The notes beneath the pieces are model-generated. The model worked only from the letters and a program-made list of their open reading frames with translations. It did no database searches and had not been told where the DNA came from. This document shows positions 1-10,889 of a stretch of DNA of 64,000 nucleotides, one piece after another. A program made the translations under genes and the position numbers. Location: positions 49,664,001 through 49,728,000 of the forward strand of contig NC_086097.1 in the NCBI RefSeq assembly GCF_963921235.1, given 5' to 3'. Source of the stretch: Mobula hypostoma. Its lineage: Eukaryota. The stretch's first letter is position 1; each line of letters starts with the position of its first letter.

Positions 1-1335
1 AATCCTTGCCTTCATGCCCTGAAGTGTTCCTATTCCTTTCATGAACACTTCCTCAGAGTCAGCAAGTATTTGTGACAGTCTCTCAGATGTAGCCTTCCTG
101 CCCCCCTTTGCTGACACAACTAGTGCCTTGATGGTGTGCCAGTCCAACTGGATTTTCCTGAGCCATTCACGTCCCAGCAACAGTGGTCCTCCATTTTTCA
201 GTACATAGAGGTTCAGCTGCTGTGTTTTGTCTCTGTAGGTCACTGTTACTTTAATTTTACCTTTGGGACGCACTTTCTGTCCCATATAAATCTTTAGCAG
301 TAGTTTAGTTTGTTTCAGAGATATGTGAGAAAACAGTTGTTTGTAGTCATGTACAGAGATCACTGTTAAAGCTGAGCCTGTGTCCAACTCCATTTTCAGT
401 CTCACGCCTGCCACTTGTGGAGTGATCCATACTACTCTTCGATCATCTGTCTCTTTCACACTGTGAAGTTGCAGACAAGACAATTCACTTTTGTCTGAGT
501 CATTTTCATCAGAACTGCTTTCTTTCATTTTGTGTACGTTGTTGTATTTTCCTTTCTGGGGTTTCTTATTTCTCTGTATTTTGTCCTTTTTCTGCTGTTT
601 ACTAGCTTTGCATACTGTACCAATGTGGCCCTGTTTGCCACAGTTTTTGCATTCTTTGTCTTTAAACCAACAGTCCTCAGGGTCATGTAACATGTACCCA
701 CAATGGTAACATTTCTTTCCTTCATTTCTGTTCAGCATGTTCCCACAATGGTAAAATTTCTTTCCTTCATTTCTGTTCAGTGACATTTTATTTATAGCAT
801 ATTCCAAAGATTTTTGTTGTATCTCTGAAGCACCCCTTGCTGCTGTTACCAATGATATTGCAATGTTCAGCGCCTTCTTTAATGTAAGGTCTTTTTCACA
901 CAGGAGCTTCTTCTGTGTGGTTTCACAGTGCATGCCACACATTAACCTGTCCGTCAATATGTCCAGTAGACCATCTCCAAACTGACAAGGTTCTGATGAT
1001 TTGTGCAATTCAGCACAATATTCAGAAATGCTTTCATTTTTGCTCTGATTCCATTTGTGAAATCTAAATCTTTCAGCAATGACCAGTGGTTTGGGGTTTA
1101 AATGCTTTTGGAGAGTGTCTACTATTTGCTTGAACGTTTTGTCAGCTGTCTTTTCAGGGGTTAACAAGCTCCGTAGCAGCCTGTATGTTTTTGCCCTCAA
1201 AATACTGAGTAAGATACTGGCTTTCTTTTCATCATTAACACCGTTAGCATCACAATATAACTCCAATCTTTCCATGTAAGTTGTCCAGTCTTCAATGCCA
1301 CTATCAAATTCTGTAATGGTTCCAGTCATCGCCAT
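1..1335 (-). CDS. Ty3/Gypsy LTR retrotransposon gag-protease ORF (5' part of gag-pol, open to the window edge)
   Basis: Manual translation from ATG at 1335 (MAMTGTITEFDSGIEDWTTYMERLELY...) has no stop over 445 codons. Gag motif PKPLVIAERFRFHK, two zinc knuckles (CYHCGYMLHDPEDC, CKNCGKQGHIGTVC), aspartic protease ELDTGSA and LLGREWL. Confidence 0.92.
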   Translation of the reverse strand, partial: MAMTGTITEFDSGIEDWTTYMERLELYCDANGVNDEKKASILLSILRAKTYRLLRSLLTPEKTADKTFKQIVDTLQKHLNPKPLVIAERFRFHKWNQSKNESISEYCAELHKSSEPCQFGDGLLDILTDRLMCGMHCETTQKKLLCEKDLTLKKALNIAISLVTAARGASEIQQKSLEYAINKMSLNRNEGKKFYHCGNMLNRNEGKKCYHCGYMLHDPEDCWFKDKECKNCGKQGHIGTVCKASKQQKKDKIQRNKKPQKGKYNNVHKMKESSSDENDSDKSELSCLQLHSVKETDDRRVVWITPQVAGVRLKMELDTGSALTVISVHDYKQLFSHISLKQTKLLLKIYMGQKVRPKGKIKVTVTYRDKTQQLNLYVLKNGGPLLLGREWLRKIQLDWHTIKALVVSAKGGRKATSERLSQILADSEEVFMKGIGTLQGMKARI

Positions 1336-1507
1336 CTTTGTTATGTTAATTTGGCCCCGTTCTCCTCTTGTTTTTGTTTTGACTCACGTGTCCTTTTTGC
1401 TAGCACAATGAGCCACTCCGTCTAGATGCATCTAGATTCTCTCTCTTCTCTTCTGAGTGTCATTATCAACTAAAACACGGTGTTCCGATAAGACGTAGGT
1501 TCAGAAT

Positions 1508-1657
1508 TCTCATCGCCAATTTGTTGTGTATGTGGCCTGGTTACACAACATGCTATTAATAAAAACACTGGAGACAGGAGCTAAGTTTCGTGGTTCTTTA
1601 CTGGTATAATCCAAACTCAGCACACAATACAATACAGAACCAATATATACACTACTA
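1508..1657 (-). mobile_element. Gypsy primer-binding site and probable short 5' LTR
   Basis: On minus, ...TACACAACA (LTR end at 1522) is followed by AAT-TGGCGATGAGA (PBS-like, 1508-1518), with an AGTAAA signal upstream. Outer LTR boundary (~1657) is approximate. Confidence 0.6.
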
Positions 1658-2274
1658 ATAATAGTATAGCAGAAGTTATACTGTGTATTAGTGTATTAAT
1701 TAGTAAAACTGTGCATTAGCTCCTAATAGTTATCGATGGAGCAACTCATCCGGTGTACGCAATGAACAAGATCAGTGCAGACACCTGGTACAGAAAATGG
1801 ATCGCCTTCATACCGTGCTATTATGACTGCATCCTCCAAATCTTCATTTACATTGTAACATTCATGATGATTGTCGATACCTTCAAATTCTTCATAATTC
1901 CTGGCTGCTTCTGGCATCTCCAAGCCTGAATGCTTGAAACTGCAGTGAACAAAACAATTCAGGATTGTCTCACTGCTTATCTCTTGCCATCTATCAGTGA
2001 CAAAAATTACTGTTTTTTGAACCCAAACACATTCATTTCAGACAATTTTAAAACTGTCCTCTCTAAGCACGGTGTAGCATGTAACAGCCACACAAGTGCA
2101 CACAACTGGTGCTAGCTAGAATCAGTTTGGCAACAGCCTCTTGCCCCAATTAAGTGGCACGGTCTCCCAAATAAATGAAGGGAATCCTGGCAATTTTCTC
2201 AATTAGTTTTTGATCTTTAAGACCTGTCCCGAATACTCTGATTCACTAATGGCCCAATTAACCCTGATCCATTG
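1658..2274 (-). mobile_element. Tigger/pogo-like DNA transposon remnant, truncated on the left by the Gypsy element
   Basis: Acidic transposase-like remnant (RNYEEFEGIDNHHECYNVNEDLEDA); terminus ...ATTAACCCTGATCCATTG followed by TA at 2275. Confidence 0.5.
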
Positions 2275-2361
2275 TATTAAGATTTCTGTATACAAGAAAC
2301 AAGATTCTCCATTCAAAATGGCATTGCTTCTGAAAAACACACATCCTTTCCTATGACATAC

Positions 2362-2473
2362 CATTCCCCTGGGGTATCAGTGTGAAATGTTCTTTCAATT
2401 ACTATGGCCCACTGGAGGCACCAAATGATGAATGTGTTTGATTTTGGCCATTCTGTCTTCATCAGCTGGCATT
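2362..2473 (-). pseudogene. AKT: AKT-family PH-domain pseudo-exon (equivalent to AKT1 residues ~59-96)
   Basis: Translates (Q)[36 protein letters not shown](W), versus AKT1 [38 protein letters not shown]. 112 nt, phase 1 to phase 2, as in AKT genes. Donor GTATGT intact; acceptor lacks AG (ttctttctggtca|AATGC). Confidence 0.93.
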
Positions 2474-2647
2474 TGACCAGAAAGAAGCAAAGCTTTCATT
2501 TGATCTCTTCAGTAAACATCTTGCTGCAAATCCATCTCCTCTCCATCTCCAGATTTCTGCCACACTTTGAGATCAAAAAGAGAAGGAATGATGGAACAAG
2601 AACAGCAATGATTAGTGGTCTTTGTATGGTCTGGTTGTTGTACTGGA

Positions 2648-2752
2648 AAATCAAACAGAACTACAGATGCTGGAAATCTGAAATAAAACACACAAAAAAG
2701 CTGGTCAGTTGGCATCTGTTAACAGAGAAACAGAGATAATGTTTCAGGTCAA
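2648..2752 (-). repeat. Penelope-derived short repeat (decayed)
   Basis: CAGATGCTGGAAATCTGAAATAAAACAC...GTTTCAGGTC resembles the reverse complement of the Penelope 3' terminus at 49600-49727. Confidence 0.6.
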
Positions 2753-3461
2753 AAAAACAGGTTCATTGCAAAATCTGAATGGGCTGTTCCCACTCACATA
2801 AGACATTAAGTCAAAAGAGGAACATAGAGCCACTGGTGTCCCAGACAGCGACTTTTTATTTTTCATTTGTTAACTTCCTCACACCGTACACTGAAACAAA
2901 CCGTATCACTAAATATCACCTCTCTGCTGTGAACTAAACATCATAGGACAAAATAACATAGTTTTAGTGTTGAGCTATACGTTCATCACTTAATCTATAC
3001 ACATGAATATGGGGAGAAAAATTAAAATGCAGGCCAGGAGACAAATATATAATAAATATTATATGTTAATAGTCAGGTTGTCTACAGTTGATAAAGCACA
3101 GAGTGATGTTATCTGAATTGTGAATATTCATCTCAGACATACTGTTTTGCTGGAAGATCATAACGAGCAGTTAGTACTGAAACTTGGGAATCTTAAGGGG
3201 ATAAACCCTGGATGAAACTGACTGCAAACTGCACATGCTCTCTAATTAAATGGGGACTGGAAATAAGTTCTGTTGCTAAAGAAAATCATAAAAGGATTAA
3301 ATAAACACATATTAGAAAAAATTGAAAGGATCTACATAAAATAACATTTTAAAATGATCATAGATTGGTTAAATATGCCTGTCTTTCAGTTTGTCTGTAA
3401 ATTAAATGTACCTTTGATGGAAGTGAAAAGTACGTATATAACTAAGTTTGTATTTCAAGCT

Positions 3462-3595
3462 TCCTGACGAAGAGCCTCGGCCCAAAATGTCGACTGTACC
3501 TCTTCCTAGAGATGCTGCCTGGCCTGCTGCGTTCACCAGCAACTTTGATGTGTGTGGCTTGAATTTTCAGCATCTGCGGAATTCCTTGTGTTTGT
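3462..3595 (+). repeat. Penelope terminal-repeat fragment with decayed hammerhead motif
   Basis: Closely similar to 49598-49727; CTGACGA...CCCAAAATGTCGACTG (GAAA changed to AAAA). Confidence 0.85.
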
Positions 3596-4049
3596 ATAAT
3601 TTCCTCCTTGTACACAGAAGTTGCTGATGCAGGAGTCGATAAATGCAAATGAGATAAACAAGAATTTTGTGTACTAATAACCACCACAAATCAAGAGCAT
3701 CACACAGCGTGCTTTTGTTAAATGGAACAATATGCTGCCTAATTACCCAGCTCTACCATTACAGCAACCTTATTAAATCACAGATGAAATCTGAGCCTTT
3801 TGCTAGTAAGAAACATGACACTACAACAATGTTCAGATTCGGAACAAAATTCAACAATTTGCCTATAATCTGGCAGGTAACATGCATCACAGTTCATCAG
3901 TATTGTTATTAGGCAGAAAGTTCCACACTATGTACTCACAGTAACCTGATAAAGTCGAATCCGCTTAAGGAAGATCCATTCATAAAAACTTCACAATTTT
4001 TCAAACAAATGTTTATTGACAAAAGAAAGAGAGTGAGGCCAGAAAATAT

Positions 4050-4172
4050 AAAAAGGAACTGCAGATTATCAAAATCTGGAGGGAAATAAACAGAAAATAC
4101 TTAGGAAGTCAGACAGCATCTGTGAGAGGGAAAACAAAGTTAAAGTCCGAAATTGGTCACCTTTCATCAGTA
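4050..4172 (-). repeat. Penelope-derived short repeat (old, decayed)
   Basis: GCAGAT...CAGCATCTGTGAGAGG...CTTTCATCAG has the same layout as other copies. Confidence 0.55.
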
Positions 4173-4521
4173 TTTCTCAACATTGAGTATTTAAAAGAAA
4201 ATACGTGTAAAATAGACACTGTGCTTGCAAGTTAATTAAAAAAAATAAAAATAAATAATAAAAACACATGAAGCAAAATTTGTGGCTTTGTTCCCACCCC
4301 AGGAAACTGTCGACCTGGTGTATTTCATTGAATCTCCCTGCAGTCTCCTTCAGGTTCACAGACAGAGATTTACTGTATAAGGAAATGCTTTTGTTTGAGA
4401 TACTGAACTGCATTTAACAAGTAGAAGAATCCATCAATAATTTTACTCTAATGCACAGTGTAAATGCAGTAAAAAATTAATATAAAAGCTAGCCAATGTG
4501 AAATGCATTACAAATTGAATT

Positions 4522-6164
4522 CAGGTTTCCCCCGCCATCCGAAGGTAGAGCGTTCCTATGAAATGGTTCGTAAGCCGAAATGTCGTAAAGCAAAAAAGCA
4601 ATTACCATTTATTTATATGGGAACATTTTGTGAGCGTTCGCAGACCCAAAAATAACCTACCAAATCATGCCAAATAACACATAAAACCTAAAATAACAGT
4701 AACATATAGTAAAAGCAGAAATGATATGATAAATACACCGCCTATATAAAGTAGAAATACTTTTCCACAATCATTATTGCACTGTTCTCCGTAGCAAAAA
4801 TGTCACGCAAGCGCCGTCGGCAGAAAATCTCATGCAAGCGCTGTTGGCAAAAACACTCTCTCCAGTAACCTTTAAGCTATGAAGCTGCCAAATCATACCA
4901 AATAACACGTAAAAATACACAGCCTATATAAAGTAGAAATAATGTATGTACAGTGTAGTATCACTTACTGGAATCGGGAAGACAGCGCCAAGCACTGATG
5001 GTGTGTTAGGCTGAGTCGTCGCAGGTTGGGTGGTGCAGTGGCCCCCCCACCCTCCAGGCCGCTGACCGATACCAAACCGCGAAGCATGCAGGGGTGCAGC
5101 GGTAGCCGGGAGGCACACAGCACATAGCACATCTTTAAGAAAAAAGCTGAAATAAGCATGCTAATTAATTAGGTGCCGCCCGGCACGTAATTGTCGGCCC
5201 AGATCAGTGCTGATTTCCAATTGCTTCCCGTCTGATCTGGGCCGACAATTACGTGTCGGGCGGCACCTAATTAATTAGCATGTTTATTTCGGCTTTTTCT
5301 TAAAGATGTGCTGTGTGCCTCCCGGCTACTGCAGCATTCTCCACAAATCAGTAGTTGTCCACGACCTGGGGGTTGGAGTGGTGGAACACTGAGGTGTCAT
5401 CTCATCGTCGATCGGGGCAGGCAGCTCATCTTCTCCTACGACTGCCTGCCTCGATGTCGAAGGTCGAGGTTTGTCGTCTGCTGTGGCTGATGTGGAAGGC
5501 TTGTTTGACTGCTGAGCCTCGCGCATTTTTCTATCATACAGTTCTTTGTAAGGACTCAAACCATCTTGCAAATATCCCCTAAGCCTATGTACCCTTTCAA
5601 AATTAAAGTCGTACTTTATCACTGCAGCGAAAATCTCACGCAGTTGCTTCACGTTCAGTTCGCTACTGCATTCGGTTTCAATTGTTATCCTTTCTTCTTC
5701 CAATTGCATCAGCTCTTCATCTATCAGTTCTTGGTCATGAGATGCTAAAACCTCTTCAACATCATGTTCGTCAGCTTCCACAAGCCAAACTCACGTTGTC
5801 CTTACTTCGTTCACCACGATCGAAACGATTAATTACGTCTAGTTTTACACTAACTGTAACACCCTTATGAGCTCTTTTAGGGTTTTCCCACACCTTAGAA
5901 CTCATCTTGCAAACGGCTGCTCACAGACACTTGTTTAAGCAATGCCGGCTAGAATGCAGTTCCGAATCCGGGGGAGAGCGGCTGCTCGGGGTGCACGCTG
6001 CCTTTTATCGCGTGCTGATTTTTTTCACGCACTGCTTTTTTCATGCGCTGCCTTTCTTCGTAACAGTGAAAACACCTTCTGAAAGCGAAAACAGGGAACT
6101 AATGTAGGTCTTTCGTAACAGTGAGGTTTCGTAAAGCCAATGTTCGAAAAGCAGGGAACACCTG
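4522..6164 (-). mobile_element. Tigger/pogo-derived non-autonomous DNA transposon, copy 1
   Basis: Imperfect TIRs CAGGTTTCCCCCGCC / GCAGGGAACACCTG with TA at the right end. Internally deleted transposase remnant (EADEHDVEEVLASHDQELIDEELMQLEEE...YKELYDRK). Colinear with 12938-14504. Confidence 0.85.
5102..5329. repeat. Long internal inverted repeat (arms 5102-5207 and 5232-5329, 24-nt loop)
   Basis: The arms are near-perfect reverse complements, e.g. CTAATTAATTAGGTGCCGCCCGGCACGTAATTGTCGGCCCAGATCAG and CTGATCTGGGCCGACAATTACGTGTCGGGCGGCACCTAATTAATTAG. Confidence 0.95.
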
Positions 6165-6184
6165 TATTTATGAAATAAATTAGA

Positions 6185-6846
6185 TTTTTTTAGATTAGAT
6201 TATGATTATGAGGACACGCAGTCCTCTTTTATTGTCATTTAATAATGCATGCATTAAGAAATGATACAATGTTTCTCCAGAATGATATCACAGAAACACA
6301 TGACAAACCGACTGAAAAACTGACAAAAACCACATAATTATAACATATAGTTACAACAATGCAAAGCAATACCATAATTTGATAAAGAGCAGACCATGGG
6401 CACGGTAAAAGTCTCAAAGTCTCTCAAAAGTCCCATCATCTCACGCAAACGGTGAACCTCCAGCGCTGCTAGCTTGCCGATGCAGCATCCTGGAAGCATC
6501 TGACCACAGTCCGACTCCGAGTCCGTCCGAAAACTCCGAGCCTCCAACCAGCTCTCCAACACCGAGCACCGAGCACCATCTCTGCTGAGCACTTTGACCC
6601 TGGCCCTGGCAACAGGCAATAGGCAAAGCCGAGGATGTGGGGCCTTCCCCTCCGGAGATTCTCGATCACACAGTAGCAGCGGCAGCAAAGCGGGCATTTC
6701 AGAAGTTTCTCCAGGTGTTCCTCTGTGCTTCTCACGGCTGTCTCCATCAAATCAGGATTGTGCACGGCCCCCTAGTTAACACATACGACATAATTTGGAA
6801 CTGCCGCACGCGCTGTGTCGCACTGCCATCTTCTCCCCCCTCCTCT
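6185..6846 (-). mobile_element. Non-autonomous retroposon with Rex1-like ends
   Basis: On minus, the 5' end is GGAGAAGATGGCAG. The 3' end is AATAAAA, a stem-loop GAGGAC-tgcgt-GTCCTC, then an (ATAATC/CTAAT)n tail. No RT-coding sequence. Confidence 0.55.
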
Positions 6847-7443
6847 ATATAACATAATAATTACAACAAGACATTTGACACAAAAATTTAGATGTTTACA
6901 CTATCATGGAAATACCACAGTTCTATTTTATTTTGATGAACATTTTGTTGAAGCTCTAAGCTATGAAAAATATTAAAATAATACCACACATAACAACTAC
7001 CAACATCCTCGTCTTATGAGCATCGCTTCTCACTTTAATAAATACCTTCAAGTTGAAATTTGTGACTCAGCTGAACCAGAAGTTTTCACATCTGGTACAG
7101 CAAATAGGCCAAAGTAAGAAGAGTTTTATATGTAAAATTTACATTTTAACATTCAACACTGATTTCAGCGATACACAAAATGCATTTGAAGTAGTGATCT
7201 GTGAGTTACCAATGTGACCTAACAGGATAGACCCCGAACTATATGCACGTCTCACACAAAATCAGACACATTTTCTTAATGGTAAATAAATAAACTTCAT
7301 TTCAGAAATGAGGTCACTGTCTTGCAATCCATTTTGCTTCCTCTTTATTTGCATTTTGGAGTCTATAGTTCCAAATAATATGAGGGGATTTTGTACTCTC
7401 GTAGTGAGGGAGATACCAGAATGAAATGGCTGGCCATACTTAG

Positions 7444-7569
7444 GTGCAACAGAGAATTTATTTAAAGGTATCGTTAGCTGGATTATATCTAGTGGCTTCT
7501 CATACCCAATAAATATACCATCAGTATTCAGAGAAATATATCTGTGTCTCCATGTTTTTGTGTATTCCC
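7444..7569 (-). pseudogene. AKT: AKT-family PH-domain pseudo-exon (equivalent to AKT1 residues ~16-59)
   Basis: Translates [42 protein letters not shown], versus AKT1 [43 protein letters not shown]. Acceptor ttttctatacttccag|GG is intact; the donor reads GCAC|ctaagt instead of gtaagt. 126 nt, phase 1 to phase 1. Confidence 0.92.
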
Positions 7570-9171
7570 CTGGAAGTATAGAAAACTGGGGATTATGGAT
7601 TCCTAAAGGATGGCAATAAGGTCTCAAAAGAAACTGCACAAGGGCTTTATTTCTCTAATCCCTATTGATATATCATTGATTTGGACAAATGTTGAAGAGA
7701 TAAACAATTCTTTGTACAATGGACTCAATTTCACTGGGAGAAGCGGACCAAGATAGGCTCATGTGTTCTTTCTGATGGTGACCCACCAGGGTCACAGGGT
7801 CAGTGAAAGGCTCTGCAGTTTAAATATCTCTGAAAGACTGGGAACACTTCACAAACAAGACAAAATAACTCAATATTACTGTCAAATAATCCTGAATGTA
7901 GCCATCATATTTTTAAAACTATTATTCTCAAGGGTGCGGGGTGGAATTTTAACTTACGTATTTAAACTGCCTTGAATGAAGTACAAAAACAATGCTTGTG
8001 TTTTTACCATGAGTGATTTTTTTAAAATTATGAATTAAATCATGTTAACTTTAACTTGAATATAGCCTCAGAATTCTGAAAATATTGTATTTCCTTAAGA
8101 TCTATGACTGTGCAGAGAAAGGTGATGGATCATTTCATTGAAGAAACCAGCTAAATATGGAAACAGGCATTTTACCAGTATTTAATCTGATTATATTAAA
8201 GTAAAAAATCCCCAGATTGCCAAACATATACATAAAGTAAATTAGGAAATTAATTTATCAACCACCAAAAGAGAAAATGCTCCTAAATCTACCTCTTGCT
8301 ATAAACTGGTGACCTTCCAAGTCTCTGCTATCATTGAAGTAGAGCTCTATTGTTAACTTGCCATCAGTTTTCCCTTTTACTTCCTTTTCAGGAAGTGTAT
8401 GGCTTCCAGATGGTATACCCTTATTGTGAGAACTCATGTGTGCAATACTTCATTCTATCCACTCTGTGGCACAATATGTTACAATATCAAAGCTCTCCAC
8501 AGATTGTTATTTCACAATTATGAAACTAACTCTGAATTTATTACCAATCCAATTACCTAAAATAAATGTCTCAAGTTTGGTATTGGAAGCATAATAAAGG
8601 TTATCTGCTTGTGCAACAAAGAATTCTCTAAAATGAACGCATTTTATTGCCACTAAACAAAAGATTTCATTAGCACTTAATGTGTTAAACCTCAGTTGAG
8701 AGAACTTGCTGATACCAAGTCTGTTCAAATGGGTAAGTGTCATGTTCCCAGCACCAAGTACATTTAAACTCAAGCTTTTTTCTTTAACACTGCTACTGTA
8801 TGATGTTCAGCCTTTGCAGCCAATAGCATAATATTGAAACAAAATCTCAGTGTTTACAATACTCAGTAGGTCAGGTAACATCTATCAAGGGAGGAACAGA
8901 ATACTCTTCTAAGACAATACCTTCTCTGATGTTGCCTGATAAGATTAATTCTTTCAACAATGTGTGCTTTTATTTCATTGCATTTTACTTATGCATTTAT
9001 ATCATGCTGGTTATTAATTATAAGGTTTATCATTGCTTGGGGGATAGGTGCAATTAATTTCCAACAGCATCTGAATTTGCACAGTAAAGACAACAGTCGA
9101 TAAATCACAGCCATATATGACACATATCAGAGCAATGAGCACCCTAGCAATCTGGTGACACTGAGATACAT

Positions 9172-9752
9172 CCTAGGATGTGCTGGGACACATCATCAGT
9201 GATGTAATCTGGGGTCATAGGGGGTTTCGGGCCTTTCAGCGTCAGACTTTGTCACCCAGGAGACCCAGTCAGGGCTGCTCAGGTCCCGGCTTGTGTCCCA
9301 GCAGCATTGGTCTATGGGTCACACCTCCTGATCCATAGCCATCTGGAGGCATGTTCAGCAGCCTCTGTGACGGTCCTGATGGCTCTTTTCTTTGCAGCCC
9401 CCGTAATGCCAAGGAGTGAATCGGTTCTGCAGACCGAGCAGCCAGCAAAACCTCTACACCCCACCTCCATGGGCTCACAATATGCCCCCACCCCTACTTC
9501 TGGCACTGCTTTACCAGCTCCTGGTATCTGGCCTTCTTAATGCTTGAATGCCTCCTCAATCTGGTCTTCCCAAGGCACGGTCAGTTCTACCATGACCACC
9601 TGCTTCAAGGTTTCTGACAGAATGACCATGTCAGGCCTCAGGGATGATGATTGATGAAGTCAGGGAGCTTTAATTGCTTGCCAGGATCAACTTTCTGTTT
9701 CCAGTCAGACACCATGGTGAGCAAGCCTGCTCGTGATCTGGGCTGAGGCTTT
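9172..9752 (-). mobile_element. R2-group (Hero-like) LINE 3' fragment: restriction-like endonuclease plus 3' UTR
   Basis: Across frameshifts: LRPDMVILSETLKQVVMVELTVPWEDQIEEAF..KARYQEL..PMEVGCRGFAG..AAEHASRWLWIRR. Confidence 0.85.
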
Positions 9753-10889
9753 AACAAGCAACTATGTCGATGTAAGATGTATCCCAGAACAAAGGTTTTT
9801 GAGGTGTAGTTTCTCTACAGAACCTATCACAATCGGAAGCCTTGTTGTGTAATGTTCCCTCACAATGACACTGTGGCATAAAGCTATAAGGTCTGGTTGT
9901 TTCCCGAACTGCTTCATGCCTCATCCCAGATGAATTACTGAGTTAAAAAAAAAATCCTTATCAGGAGATTGGCATTACTGGCAAGAATGGCCTTTCCTGT
10001 CTATCCTTTATTGTGCTGAGAAGGTTCTGCCTCACAAAGCCTTTTCAGAAGGCAGTATGTATCAGCCACGTTAACCTAAGATTGGCGACATTGGATGCAC
10101 AGCAACTCTGGCAGGGTTTGAAAGACATTACCTCCTACAAAGCGAAACCCAATAGCATGAATGGCAGCGATGCTTCACTACCAGATGAACCTCAATGCCT
10201 TCTATGCACGCTTTGAAAGGGAGAACACAACTACAGCTGTGAAGATCCCTGCTGCACCCAATGATCCTGTGATCTCTGTCTAAGAGGCCAATGTCAGGCT
10301 GTCTTTAAAGAGGGTGAACCCTTGCAAGATGGAAGGTCCCAATGGAGTACCTGGAAAGGCTCTGAAAACCTGTGCCAACCAACTGGCAGGGGTATTCAAG
10401 GACATTTTCAACCTCTCACTGCTACGGGCAGAAGTTCCCACTTGCTTCAAAAAGGCCTGAGAAGAATAATGTGAGCTGCCTTAACGACTATCACCCGGTA
10501 GCACTCATATCGACAGTGATGAAATGCTTTGAGAGGTTGGTCATGACTAGACTGAACTCTTGCCTCAGCAAGGACTGGACCCATTGAAATTTGCCTTTTA
10601 CCACAATAGGTCAATGGCAGATGCAATCTCAATGGCTCTTCACCTGGACAACACAAACACCTATGTCAGGATGCTATTCATTGACTATAGCTCAGCATTT
10701 AATACCATCATTCCCACAATCCACCAAGAGTTTATCATGAAACACATCTCCACCTTTTGCCATTTCCAAATCAGTAGTTTGGTCCAACCTGTGTCAGGGT
10801 AGCAACCACCTCCTCCTGTGTAAGCTGTAGAGGGTCCATGAAGTAGATGTCACTTTGCTTCACTTCTTTATCTTGAATAAATACAGATG

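Noticed and set aside
3935..4000. Possible minus-strand exon ending at a GTGAGTA donor
   Set aside because: The translation matches nothing I recognise and there is no clear acceptor.
7262..7639. 125-aa ORF as a complete gene
   Set aside because: Only 7444-7569 is AKT-like; the rest is read-through of intron sequence.
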